Origin: Chrysomallon squamiferum
Lineage: Eukaryota > Animalia > Mollusca
DNA length: 64,000 bases
Assembly: GCA_012295275.1 (NCBI GenBank)
Contig: CM022675.1
Coordinates: 14,260,001-14,324,000 of the forward strand
Direction: 5' to 3'
Each line of letters begins with the position of its first letter. The first letter of the stretch is position 1. Both the position numbers and the translations under genes were made by a program. Under the pieces are notes generated by a model that saw only the letters and a program-made list of their open reading frames with translations, was not told the origin of the DNA and ran no database searches. Positions 1 to 61,100 of this stretch are shown here, piece after piece.

Positions 1-316
1 TAACAGTTATGAACTGCATTGTATATTATTTTGTTAATGAAATTAATAAGTTAAATATATATAAATATATTTCTTTTATAAAATACCAATTCTTAAAGTT
101 TACTGTTCCATGTATTGTTTTATAATATAATAATGAATTAAATCTCTTAAAGAGAATTAAACAATCAGTCTATAGAGTAACTATTAATGTATTATTAATA
201 TCTAATGTATTCAAATGCATTACAGTGTAAGATAAAACAGTTTATAACAGACAAGTATACTTTTATTGTAAAGCATGTAATATCTTTATTAAATAAATTA
301 TTTTATTGTTTTAAAG

Positions 317-47361
<47,045 letters not shown>

Positions 47362-47377
47362 CACATCCCAATATAAC

Positions 47378-48691
47378 ATTTTAACCTAAGAAACTATTAG
47401 ACTGTCTCAGTTCTGTGCCACCAATTGTCTGTCTGTCTCACTGTACATATGTTCATTGGAGACCAGTATTCTAGTGAAGAATTTTAAAAAGAGATTTCTG
47501 TCAGCCTGAATAGATTTTGATTAGTGTATGAAATGAATGAATGAATATTCAGTGTAGAAAAAAAATTAACAATTGTAAAAACTTTCAAATGGATATTGAT
47601 TGTTGATGAAAATATAAAACTTATATTCATTGTTGTAAAAATGAAATTATAGTATAAAATGTTTTGACTCTTGGTAATTTTAAATTTTGTAAAATTACTA
47701 GTCATTTGTATAAATGTAAAACTTATCTGTTTGATTCTTAATGCAATGAAAAAATGTTCAATGAATGAAACAAAAGATCATGTGTTTGAAAATGTGATAT
47801 TCTTGTGGATTTTGGTAATAAAGTATATAGTATAGCTAGATCAGAGAAAATATAACTCAAAATATAAAACTGTTTGAGTTTGTGAATATATAATGTAGTT
47901 GATATTTTATTTTTCACCTGTTATGTAATTAATATATTGGTTATGTATGTCATTGTTTATGTATTGTTGTGTTTCTCTCATTTGTAATTCAATATATCAT
48001 GTGTGTTTTGATATAATTATTTGTCTTGCTGTTTAAATGTTTTACAAAATGTAAGTGAACAATCAGCTGTTACGGTGTATACATTGAAAACGTTAGTATA
48101 TTTTAATAAAAAGAATATATGTTATTAACAATCTTTAAATCTAAGATAATCTTTAATAAAAACTAAATGTATAGTTTTCCTTTGTGTTCATAAAACATTT
48201 GAAATATTACTAAAATTTTCCTTTTTTACAATAATAGAAAAATGTTTTTTTTGTTGTTATTGTTGTAAATCTTTTTTCTCAGATCAGTATATTATTTAAA
48301 AAAATAAATATTATTGTTTCATAATATAAATTGTTGTATCATTTATGAAAATTCCACTCAGTGGTATAATTGTAAATGTTTTAATTTTGTGAATAAAATG
48401 AATTCATTCATTTATCTGCTGTTTGTTTTGATAAATAGGAAGAAATTTCTGTCAACCATGTTGTGTTTGTTCTCATTAACTAAGAGAATATTTGATATCA
48501 AAACAGAAATAAAATAATTTCAAGTCGAACAACAATACTGACTTTAATTACTATTTGTTATAAACATCTGCCCCAAAACTAGCCATTTGAGATTGTGAAT
48601 CATTCTCTTTCAAAAACAAAATTTATACAACATAAATATATTGACATAAAAGTTTTAAAGTTGAAACTTATAATTAAACCAATTTTTAACA

Positions 48692-48747
<56 letters not shown>

Positions 48748-48996
48748 CAGTGTTCAAGACATATAATAAAGGAAACATTTGTTTCTTAGTAACAAACTGG
48801 ACTGACATGTTGTGTTTGTTATATATATATATTTTAACTTAAGAAACTATTAGACTGTCTCAGTTCTGTGCCACTAATTGTCTGTCTGTCTCACTGTATA
48901 TATGTTCATTGGAGACCAGTATTCTAGTGAAGAATTTTAAAGAGATTTCTGTCAGCCTGAATAGATTTTGATTAGAATATGAAATGAATGAATATT
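47378..48996. repeat. ~165-bp dispersed direct duplication (47378-47549 and 48831-48996)
   Basis: Near-identical aagaaactattagactgtctcagttctgtgcca...gcctgaatagattttgattag. Confidence 0.92.
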
Positions 48997-49039
48997 GAAA
49001 TACACACACATATCTACATGTATATATAAATATGTATAT

Positions 49040-49094
<55 letters not shown>

Positions 49095-52000
49095 CACTCA
49101 CACTCACACACACACACACACACACACAGGTAAACATGTAGATAAACAAACTCTGGGTTCACTGAACTAATGGGTCAACAAGGTCAAACTGGGTCCCAGA
49201 TGACCAGTATAAAAATTGATTGAACTGTGATGGATATTCAGCTAACATACACTTTGCTTCAGTCATGTTACATCCATTGTTCCAGCTGTGAAAATGTCAT
49301 GTGTGAAACATAATACTATTCATTGGTTTTCAGTTAACATTACATCTCTGCATACTTTACAAGGGTCAGTTTAAAAAATAATAAGTCTCACATTCAAATG
49401 TACTCTCAGTGAACCTTGCTATGTTTTACTAACAGTTATGACTTCTACATCAGTTTGTCATGAATATTCATCAGCCATCATGAAGGATTAACCTATATTT
49501 TCTTGTATCATTACACATAAAGCCCTCTAAAACAGGGATTAGCAAATCTTTTAGACAAGTTTAAGTTTGTCTCCATATAGAGAAAATATAAATTAAAAAT
49601 TCATGAAACATTCACTGCGAGAACTTCCTTGAAGCTAAACCATGTAATTTTAGGTAAAGTAAAATAAAAATAAAGATGTATTTTCTAGTTTTAGGTGCAC
49701 AACCTAACATTTTAAACATTCCCAGAAAGTTACATTATTATGGTGGATTAAAAGTGTTGTGAAGCTTAAGTTTGTAAAACAGTGGAAAAAACAATTTGGG
49801 TTATGTGATTTTGAAGCGATAAAATTCTGGTACGAACATAGTTCAAACAGAATATACAGAAAAAATTAAAATTAAAAACAAACACAGATAAACTTGAACA
49901 AATGTATTTTGACAATTTGTGGTCTACAGAGATGAAGCATAATGCTACAAGATATAAATAAAATTACAACAACAGTGTATTATGAAGTTACAGATTTTTA
50001 AACATTATTTTTTTTAACAACATACAGTGGAATTCAATTTTATTACTTTATTCTACATTACCATGGTCCAGATTATTTCCATAAAACTTTATTTAATAAC
50101 AATTTCTTAATTACAGAATAATTATTAGTTCGTTTATAAAATATTCAGTGTAAGAAATTAATCACATTTCTCATGTTTTAACTCTTAGAATTGATAATTC
50201 ATGAGAAACATGAAACGAATTTCAAATATTTTTTATTATTAAGTACACCTAGGTGCTTATTTCTAAAGCTTTAAATAAAATACAAAATAAATATAATTTA
50301 ATATGTGCAGATTTAACTATACAAACTATAAATAAAACTATCACAGCAAAATTATCTACATTTTTTTTTAATTATTTTTTTTTATATCAAATCTCATTCA
50401 AAGCAAATTATTTTTTGATTTTAATCGATTTTACAAACAAAATATCTATCAATACTTTTATATTTTGTACTAATACAGTAGTTTGATTAATTTTTGACAG
50501 CAAAAATTTTGGATATAAATATCATTGTGATCCTTAAATAAAATTGTATTGCCTCTGCATCTCTTCACAAATGTGACCAATAGTAAGATTTTGATATTAC
50601 TTTTTCATACCTTATATTTAAAAATAAAGTTTTTGGGGTGTTTTCTTAAATATTATTATTTGTTTTTTTTAAATATTTATAACAGTTTAGTGTTGATAAC
50701 CTATAGCTTTACATATATAGGAGATGCATGTCTGTACATTTAGTCTTAATTTATGTCCTGAACATGACTAATCTGAGTAAAATAATTTAAACAAATCTAA
50801 TTTCTGATTTTTCATTAGCAATTAAAAGCTTGTACTTAGTCCACATTACCAGTGTGATTGTGTTTTTGATTCTTAGTAAGAGTTTGATATTTCAATATGA
50901 TTTCTATCAGCAAGATCCTGCAGTTATAAAGTTAAATTTAAAACTGCTAAATATATTTTGCAGACATCAAAGTTGTTTCACTTATGTTTAAGAACTGTCT
51001 TTATTACAATACAGTATAACAAGTTAATAGACAAAGGTAACACTTTCCCTTTCATATTTGGGACACGGATATTTAAAATAATAAAAAATTCCTTTACAAT
51101 AATCATGTGAATACATCTGCTTTGAATGAGATTTGTAAATGTTTAGCAATGTATGAAAAGACTATAAAAAGTAAAAGCACAATAGAAAATGTATAAACAG
51201 GTCTAAGAAAATACTCTACAAATACAAATGTATTCTACAGAGTACAAAATAAAATTAAAAATGAGGACAAAATGGGTACATTTGCAGATCGTTTGTTCAG
51301 TGTTTGAGTAAATAAACAAACAGAAAATTATTAACAGCTCTTAGTACCTACGGATCAGACCAAAACTGTGAAACATTTCAAAATCTGAATACAATCTTTT
51401 TACAGTGGATTTTTTCAACAAAATGGACAGAATTATTATGAAATAATTTTGTTTTGTCTATTTTATTAGATATACATAATAAAAAGTTAATATAAATATA
51501 TGCATACACCTTGTACACAAACAAGAAAGAAAATTTAAAAAATCACCTCAAGTCTAAAGTATCAAACTCTGCTTAATAAATTACTGATGTTATCAAGGAA
51601 AATGGCTCTAACATAAATCTGTTATTGGATGAGTCAAACCTTTATCACAAGAGCTGGTTAAAAAAACAAATGCACTTATAGAAATATTAATTATAGAGTG
51701 CTCAGTTAATCACAAACTGTACAAACACCATTACACAAAAACTTTTTCACAAATTTATTATTACAAATGACCACAATGGCACATTGTGGTAATATATGTA
51801 TAAAAATATAAATAAAAAAGATTTTCTTTCTGTTAATTATGATTTGAGTGAACTAAAAATTATAATTATTTTATTCAAGAGAAGTTATCTGATATCTTGT
51901 TAAGTGGAGTTTTTGTAGATTTAAAAACTATAATAATAACAAAAAATAATAAAAATCAATAAATTGAAATGATTGAAGAAAAAAAAATATAGATAAATAA

Positions 52001-54787
52001 AAATCTTTAAAAAGTTAGAAAAACAAAAGAACACAAAACATATTATAAATAGAGAAATAAAATTAGTTAGTAGATAATGTTAGTTTCAATATTTTTCAAA
52101 AACATGACATACATCTAAATTAAATATTATAAAAATGGCTTGGTCCTGCTCTTTATTTTAAAATGATTTATAATAAATCACATACACTGTCCTTAAAATT
52201 AAGGCTGAATTCATGTAAATTTGAGTTAAAAAAAGAAAAAAAAAAGAAGAGAAATAACACCAAGAGTTTTAGTAATTTTTGTTTGATTTTGGAATGTGGA
52301 TTTACATTTGCATTAATTTAAAAATAATATTCTTGAATCTTATTTTAAAATAAATAAATTATAAATAAAATAAAAAAGACAATAATACAGTTTAAATGTG
52401 TAATAAATGTGTTTTGGGCTTTGTACATTTTGTGAAAACATAATTATAACAAAAAAAAAAAGAAATGTAAAACTGCATTGCAATTTGAAATAAATATGAA
52501 TACATGCAAATGAGCATGTAATATTATAATATAATTATAAATTAACTTTTCAGAATATAACAATGTTCATATGAGCAGTTTCAATATTAAACAGATAGAT
52601 AAAACTAAATTATAAAATAGTCTGGTAATATAAATATTGTTTTTAAAACTTAAAAGAGTGGGCATGAATATATCTTTCCAGGGGGGAAAAAATAATAATA
52701 AAAAAACAGGTAGAAAATGGACCGATTATTATAAAAAGGTTAATATTAAAATAAACAGATATGACTGCACTGACAGGTATGGGATGGCTATAGACTAACA
52801 TTACAAGTTCATTTAAAAAATGGAACGGTATGTGTAGTATAACTCCATAGGCCACAGAGAGGACGAAATAAATAGCTTGGACAGAATATGATACAAGAGT
52901 AATAAAGAAGAAAAAAAGTTACTCTCTCCCATTTGTTTTATGCACAACCAGTTTTAATAATCTCACAACACAAAAACACAATTTGTAAACATACTGAACA
53001 CAGACTTTGTTAAAATTTGCATCTGAGTATTTTTGTCAATAATCTAAATATATTGGCTTATTTTTGTAATATCCATATTTAAACCTTAAACATTCTAATA
53101 TATTTTTATAATTTAATTTAAAAAATAAAAATAGAAGAACATCTATGGTGGTAATATATTATATTTAATTTAAATTCCATTATTTTTTGATATTTTCTTT
53201 TTCTTGACTTCCACCACCTTGCCATTTGATGAAAATCTGCCTTTCATGAGATTAACATTCTTATATTTGGTTGTATTATTTAAAATTAAGGATTAATTAG
53301 AATTTGTTATTTCCACTGAAATGACTTCTTTCCATTTTAATCTTTGCTAAATTTAGAATTGTTAATTCTGATGCATTGCAAGAACTGAAGAATATGTAAT
53401 TTGCTGTGTATTTGTAGAATCTATGAGACATGGATTTGTGCTATAAACTGTTATTTGTGATAACAAGGTCATTACTGAAATTATTCACAATCTGTCATTA
53501 CGTCCACATTAAACTGTTTTCTATTCAGCCAGATCTTATAACCCTGAGAACTGTATTAACAACAAACAATGCTTAATAAAATTAAACAATGTTAGATAAT
53601 AATATTAATAAAAAATAAATGGTGTTATTATGTAAATTATATTGCTTAGATCTTCAGACTTCCTTTCTTGGCAGTATTGTAAACATACACATTTAACAAA
53701 ATAGGACAAAGAGATTCAAATTTCAATGGGGCTGGGGGTGTAGATCATTAATTGTTTAATTAAGTACATGATTCATGTTTTCTTTACAAACTAGTTTGTA
53801 TTGATTAGGATCAGTTCCTAATGATTTCAGATAAGAGATATTGGAAGTGTAACCATAACATACAGACATACAAATATATATAATACAGATATAAAAACTG
53901 TACATACAAATTCATGGCTTTTACAATATTATTTTTTACTCTACAAAATACAGAAATATTTGTCATAAAATACAGATCTTTAAACATACATACAAAATCA
54001 TATTATAAATATTTTACTTAGCAAAATAGCAGAACTGTTGCCATGACAACTCATATAAGTGGATTAGATAGAGAACAATAATATATATATAAAAAATAAC
54101 ATTTCAAATGGTCTAAAACACAAGAAAGAAAAACAACAAACAATATTAAATAAAAACAAAACAACCCTAACACCCAAAATATGTACACATATATATGTAT
54201 GTACACACGCATATATATATGTATGTATAAACAAATAATGAAATAATAATAAATAATGCTGAATGATAAAAAAAAATATATATTTATCAATTTCCTTAAA
54301 TTAAAAATTTAAAACTATATATACAAACTTGTAAAAAATTACAAAGTATACATTTTTAAAATTTATTTCCTTACTAAATATTTATATTAATGAGTTATAA
54401 GTGTATAGACATTCTGAATACTATTAAATATTAGAACATTCTTTGTCTAAACATATTTTTAATAGTAAAGTATGTTTCATTAATGTATATAAAATGAAAG
54501 AATCAAATTAACCATAAATAAAACAAAATATATGTAATAAAATAACAAAAAAACAAGAAAACAAAAATACATATATAAATAAATAAATGTAAAAAACAAA
54601 AATTGAAATTGAATATAAAAATTAAAATTAAAAATGAATACAAAAAATAGTACATAACTATGTTGGTTCTAAGTACTTCATACTTTTCTGTAATGTTACA
54701 ATAACTATAGGGATTAGCCATTATGAGTCTTTCATATTATTTCTTTTACAAGTTGTATACATTATATATATATATCTATATGAGTGA

Positions 54788-54839
<52 letters not shown>

Positions 54840-57105
54840 ATTACTTGTTGCCTGTTCAGGATATCATGTTCAATATTTATGTATTTATCAGTGTAATATT
54901 ACAAGTATTGATTACTCAACTCTTTTCGATCATTGGTTTTTACAAATGAAAATTATTTTGTGTATTGATACTGGAGTAGTTTTTATTACTTTGATTTAAA
55001 TAATATATAAAGCAATGTAATAAATGAAGTAATCTGTCAGTAACAAATACAATATACATAGATTGTTGTAAATATTGTCCTTGGTTGTTTTGGGGTTTTT
55101 TGTTGGTTTTTTAATGATTTATAACTATTTTAAATAAGAAAAACTATTAATATTATATATATTAAACAAAAATAAGTTAAATTAAAGTATAGTACAGAAC
55201 ATTCTTAACAAATATTAATGTTACAGTAACATTAAAGAAATAATGGTTTTAGACAACTTCATCACTGCATCATAAGTTTTGATCTTTTATATTATTTCAC
55301 ATTTTACATAAATTCTTTGCAACAAGTATTACAAATTAACAATATGAAATATATTTGGTCAGTCAAAAATGAATGAATAATTCAATATATAAAGTATAAA
55401 ATACATAAATATTAATGCAACTGTCAAACACAAACCAGCCACTGCACTGTTTAATATTCTTATAAAATATATTATTCAGTTGTATATATTCAGGATTTCA
55501 AAAAAGCAAAGCTGAAATTATTATGGTTGTATAATTTTCACAATTTATCAAGTTTAGAATAACAAAATACATTTAAACACTGCAAAGAAGGTCAATAAGA
55601 ACTACAATACAACTGTATGAAACAAATACAGCTAACAATAAAATAAACACAAATTGCAGTATAGTATGCGTCAAGGAAATCAATGGTCTTGTGTAGTTTT
55701 CAAAAATTTCAGATTTACATATTTTTTTTTTTTAAACCTTGGTTCTGAAAGTTAGAAACTGACTTCAGATTTGAGATGTGACTTTATGACAAAAATATAC
55801 AATGTTTGAGACCAGTTTTATCAGAAATTATGCTTACTTATAAATAATAATAATAATAAAAATAAAAAAAATAAAAAAATAATAATAATAATAATAAAGT
55901 CAAAAGTTAAAACAAAATTATGCTAAATGGAACACCTAATTAATCTTGTTTCTGGAAGAAGCCAACAAAAGGAAAATATAAGATTTTTCAAAAATTGATA
56001 TTTACAGACATTTTCCTACATTATAATATATCGTGTTTACTGTGATTCAAAACTGTTTAAAAATATATAATGTAAAAAAAAAATACTCCCAAAACTGTAG
56101 TCTTACAGTTATAACTGCTGTATTGTAATGATCTGTAAAATATACAGATAAATAACTTGCTAGTTAATAAAATTATCAAAAAGATTTACATGCAACAACA
56201 AAATATGATTTTGAATACATTTGCACCTGTCAAATGATTTTTTTTTCAATTATTATTTATAAATTTAATACATATTAAAACAAAAACTTAAAACCATTTA
56301 TACCAGTATAATTTTCAAAATAAAAATAAAAATCTGTAATAACAAAATAAGTAAATTAATAAATAAAATTAACAAAGAACAAATATAAGCTTTCACTGGA
56401 AAAAAAATTTTTTAAAAAATCAAAAAAAATCTTAATATATAGAAATAATAAACAATAACAAATTACTAAAACAATGATTTCTCTATTTTGATCACAACAT
56501 TAAACACTTAAATATCACATTATAATTTATATGTTCCCTGCCACAAACTTTTTTTTATTATGCCATAATGATGGCCAAGATAGGAAGAAGATTGGGTTTT
56601 TGACATATGTTGATAATGCTTTAGAATAAATTGTAGATGGCAAGTTGGACAAATATTTCCAATGAAAATAAAATATTATTTTTAAAAACTGTTGTTAAAC
56701 ATAGAAAACTTACAAAAATTGCAGTAAAAATTGGTTTTGAAACACATAAAATTTTATATTCTTCTGAAAAAAAAAAAAAGTAAACATCACAAAAAGTGCC
56801 TATAAGTTCATCAGCCTGTTTATAAAAACTAGTTTCAAAAAAAGAATAATCTATTTCATCCTTTGATTCAAAATGTAGTAAAATGTATAATAATTTAATC
56901 ATTATCACATTATTTTCTCATTTCATAACAAAATCTTTTGTTTTTCCTTCAGTACCAATTTTAAAAATCACTAAGAGTAACAACCAAAACTAATTTACTC
57001 CTCATCTGTAGTAAAAGTATTGTTTTGTTTTTTCTCTTGCATTAGTATTATTAATCTAGGCTTTATTTTTTAATGAAAATCTTTTCAGCTATTTTGAACA
57101 TTTGT

Positions 57106-58137
57106 TTAATTATTTTTGACAGATTTTTTCTTATCTATCAACCTCAAAGAAAACAATGTAATAATAACAGTATTAGCCAACATCACATACATCATGATGC
57201 CGATGCTGTCGTGCAGCGCTGTTGTTGACCATATAGGAAGCTTTGCTGAACGTCGTTCTTGCATGTCAAGCAGTATTGCCTGCAGCTGATCAAACGTTGC
57301 TAGAATTGAACAGACATGGAACAACTGATGGCTGTGACCGATGATGTCAAACTGTCCTGGATAGAACCGTTCAGGAATGTGTGTGGCATACAATAACGCT
57401 GCAAAGAAGGCAAAGAAGAACTGTCGTGTGTGGAAGTAAGTTGAAGCCAAACTGCAGTCCAGTGTTTCACAGAACAGAAGTCGGTACATTATGGGCATAC
57501 TGTCGTAGACGTAAGGCAAAGCAAAGGCTCCCAGTCGAAGGACTTTCCTCAGAACGCTTGGCTTCATGAAGCGGGTTTCGCAGGATATTACTGTACACAA
57601 GAGAGAGTTTATCACAGCACCCCAAATAAAGTAGCTGCCATACCATGTTGAACATAGCTGAGTGGGAAAGGAGTAGGCTCGGTAGGCAGTACCCACACCT
57701 AGACTGAAAACACTCAGAGCAGAATAGTCAAGGAAGAAACAAATATGGCGGGCTTTGTCAGACATTGTGTTGAAGGTGTGGGCCACAGCACTGGCAAGAG
57801 GAAACACACAACAGGAAAACACATAACCCAGTAATGGCCATGTGTAACTGTCATTTTTGAAGTCGAGGGTTTCTGCAAGACCTTTCAGCATCCACAAGAA
57901 ATAACAGGATGGCAGGAAGTGGGTCCAGAAGTTCAAAGTTTCATTGGTTGCATCAAAGACACTGAGAATACACTGCAAGGCAGAACTTTTAGGATGTCGA
58001 TATCCACGCAGAATAAAAAGCTCATGAAAATGTTCTGGGACCTGCTCAACTTTGTACAGTGGACCACTGATGCCCTTGTCCATCTTACACGACCCTGATT
58101 CTGTGACCACTTTGCTGGACACAGCTTCCTTAGCCAT
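57106..58137 (-). CDS. PAQR5: PAQR-family 7TM protein, membrane progestin receptor gamma-like (PAQR5/6 class), 343 aa, intronless CDS
   Basis: PAQR motifs GYRHPKSS, NETLNFWTH, SAVAHTF, LDYSALS, HIPERFYPGQFDIIGHSHQLFH. First ATG at 58137 with an in-frame TGA upstream; likely 5'-UTR intron acceptor (ttttcag on the - strand) just before 58224. The symbol is the nearest vertebrate class as I recall it; PAQR5 versus PAQR6 orthology is not resolved. Confidence 0.9.
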   Translation of the reverse strand: MAKEAVSSKVVTESGSCKMDKGISGPLYKVEQVPEHFHELFILRGYRHPKSSALQCILSVFDATNETLNFWTHFLPSCYFLWMLKGLAETLDFKNDSYTWPLLGYVFSCCVFPLASAVAHTFNTMSDKARHICFFLDYSALSVFSLGVGTAYRAYSFPTQLCSTWYGSYFIWGAVINSLLCTVISCETRFMKPSVLRKVLRLGAFALPYVYDSMPIMYRLLFCETLDCSLASTYFHTRQFFFAFFAALLYATHIPERFYPGQFDIIGHSHQLFHVCSILATFDQLQAILLDMQERRSAKLPIWSTTALHDSIGIMMYVMLANTVIITLFSLRLIDKKKSVKNN

Positions 58138-61100
58138 TGCTTCCTTGGTTTTATGATACGTAGGATTCTTCTGACTAGTCAACAATCAATGTTTATTTAC
58201 TTACTCAGTATATCCTGTGCAAATCTGAAAATAAATAAATCTGTTAGAACAAAATCAGTCAAACATACACACTAAAAAAAAATTCAAATAAAATATTTTT
58301 AATCTATTAAAATAGGTAATAACTATAAAGATATAAAAAATAAAATAAAATAAAATGAAAAAGAAAAGAAATTATTATTCTACATGAATAAATATGAATA
58401 TAAATTGATTTAAAAAAAATTAAGTCAAAGTCAGCAATCCATATGATAATATACTCTGCTGCTATTGTCTGCACATAGCTATAAATATACATAACCTTAC
58501 GGTCTAAAAAAAAAAAAAAAAAAAAAAATGTTGTCATTTTATATATAATTACCAAAATACACAGACTTCACACATACATCTGATGTCACCGTTAATTTAT
58601 TACACCACTTGTTATTTCAAGTGCATGTTACACAATAATAGCAAATATCTGCAGAGAGTTACTCAACAGACTTGTGACATCTTGGCTAACACATGAGACA
58701 TGAAACTGAATAATACTGCCTATTCTTCTGCTTAAAATCAATAACAGGAAAAAAATAATAATAGTAAATATAGAAAAAGAGTTTAAAAATACAAAAAAAA
58801 GAGAAGAAAAACTGAAATAAGACCAGTGAATGAAAAATACATTAATTATATGCTGTATAATAAATAGTGTGTTAATTGATAAAAATCATACTTATTTCAT
58901 AGTTGTACTGACTCAGATATTATTCTGAATACATAGTAATTTTGCTTTTAGATTAATTTTAAGCTTTCTTTATTTTAAATATTATTTTTGACAAACCTCA
59001 AAGATGCATATATTGCAAATTGTTTTTAAATACATGTAGATATACAACAGCAACAACAACAAAAACATTCACCAGTTTGAAAAAATTATGACCTTCACTT
59101 TTTATGCAATATAAAATAAAAGAGAAATGGCAAAAGAAGCAAAATAATAAAAGGAGAAGTTTAATTGAAAGATGGCTTCAAAGAAAAGATAATTAAACAC
59201 CAAGGTTTAGTAATAATGATATGCTTAACACATCAAGTGACAGCAGTGTGTTAATTTGCAAATAAAGCTGACAGAAGTTTGGTGAATAATTACATGCAGT
59301 GAGATGAAAGGTCAGCAGGAGAATACAGGCATCAACACCACATTTAATTAAAAACAGTGACTAGAAATGTTGACTCTAGAATGTCTGAATGAAAACCTAG
59401 AAATAAAAGAAGAAATAAAAGAGAAATAGAGAAAAGAGACAGACAAACACATGAAAGAATAACCAAAAATATTGTTTTAACATAAGAAAATAACATTCAC
59501 ACAAGAATGTATATGAATGCTGTATACTGTATCAATGTTTTACAAAATGCCTAGAAATCTTGTTTAGAACAACAACCAAAAAAGAAAAAAAATCAAGAAA
59601 TGTATGTACGATACCACAACCTTTTGAAGTTCGTAACTATTATAACTGGATATGGTGACAAATGGATACACACAAAACAGAAATGTATAAAGAAAGAAGG
59701 TAATAAAGTCTCTGTGAATACTTTTTAAGATATCACATAATTTTATGCTGTGAGATAAAGAGCTACATGGAAAAAACTTTCATTAAAGTCTGATCATTCA
59801 AGTTAATACAGAAAATTTATGTTAGCTTGGATTACCAACAGAACAACTGAAAATGTTGTCAAGAGAAGCATGGAAAAAACCTTAAATAAAAAAATAAATA
59901 AAAAAAATAGACATATTAGTGAGATAAATACAGATGTAAAGTATAGAAATATTGTTCAAAATATGTGTATTACTGAAAGACTGGCATATAGTGAGAAGAA
60001 TGATGGAAAATATATTGAAATGGAACAAACATTTGAGCACAGATTTCATCTAACAGTTGACTGAAATATATGACATAATATATACATATTCTGATAAGGG
60101 AATAAAATAGCAATAAATTGCTGTACAAATATCTAAAAACTGACTCATTTATAAACTTTTGTTCCAACCTAAAATAAATAAACAAAAGTAAAATAACAGA
60201 TTCACAACATGCATTGTAAGAATAAGTGATGTGAAAAATACACACATCTGCAGAAGGTAATGCTGATCATGTAAGTTAAAAACCAAGGAAACAGTTGCTG
60301 AGAAATACTGATGGAATTACTAACAAAATATTTATGTTTATTATAAGAAAAAACATGTCTATATTTGTTAAACTTACAGAGATATAGAACCTAGAAATAT
60401 ATTGCCTAAAACAGAGACAAAATTAATATCAACACTGCTATGGATTGTGAACTGAAAAACAGTGATAGAGTATATAAGAAACAGGATAAAATATTGACAA
60501 TTCAATGACTTACATACATAAAGAACGAGTCATTTGAAAAAAAAAACATCAAAAAACAACTGCATAATGACTGAATAATTTAATTTTGATACTAAGCAAA
60601 CAAGTTTTGTGAAAGGTTAGCTTGACATAGTGACAAATTAAAGTTGTCTAATTCATGAGAAAAACAAAAATAACTAGTTTTTGATATATTTATTAAATAA
60701 AAAACTAGAAACACCATCTAAAACAAATGTAGAATATTTATATCACACATGAGGTCAAACACATTGGGATTTTATTTGAAAGTATTTAAATATATTCACA
60801 AAGTATTTTGTTTTTCAAATAAACACTTTTCTAACATTATTTCATGTTTTGGTCTGAATATTTTGTCACCAACATTATTTGTTTCTGTAAACAATCTGTG
60901 ATGACTGAATTGCACTCACTGAACAATGAAGGAATTGTCTTCTCTCGCTGATTGTAATGAAGTGCACACTTTGATGTAATGACTTCAGATGGCTTTATCA
61001 TTAATTTCAATCACTTAGTAGTGTTAGAAGAGATCAAGGGATAATATGGAACATCTTGTGGGTAAATCCAGTAAGCAGACCTCAGCTTGACTAACCATCA

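Noticed and set aside
51770-51790. Short hairpins (accacaatg-gca-cattgtggt; also about 53805-53823 and 63618-63651)
   Set aside because: Stems of 7-12 bp are expected by chance in 64 kb of AT-rich DNA and do not match IRE, SECIS or histone stem-loop consensus.
58138-58185. N-terminal extension of the PAQR ORF from TTG
   Set aside because: Non-ATG start from the ORF caller; the first ATG is at 58137.
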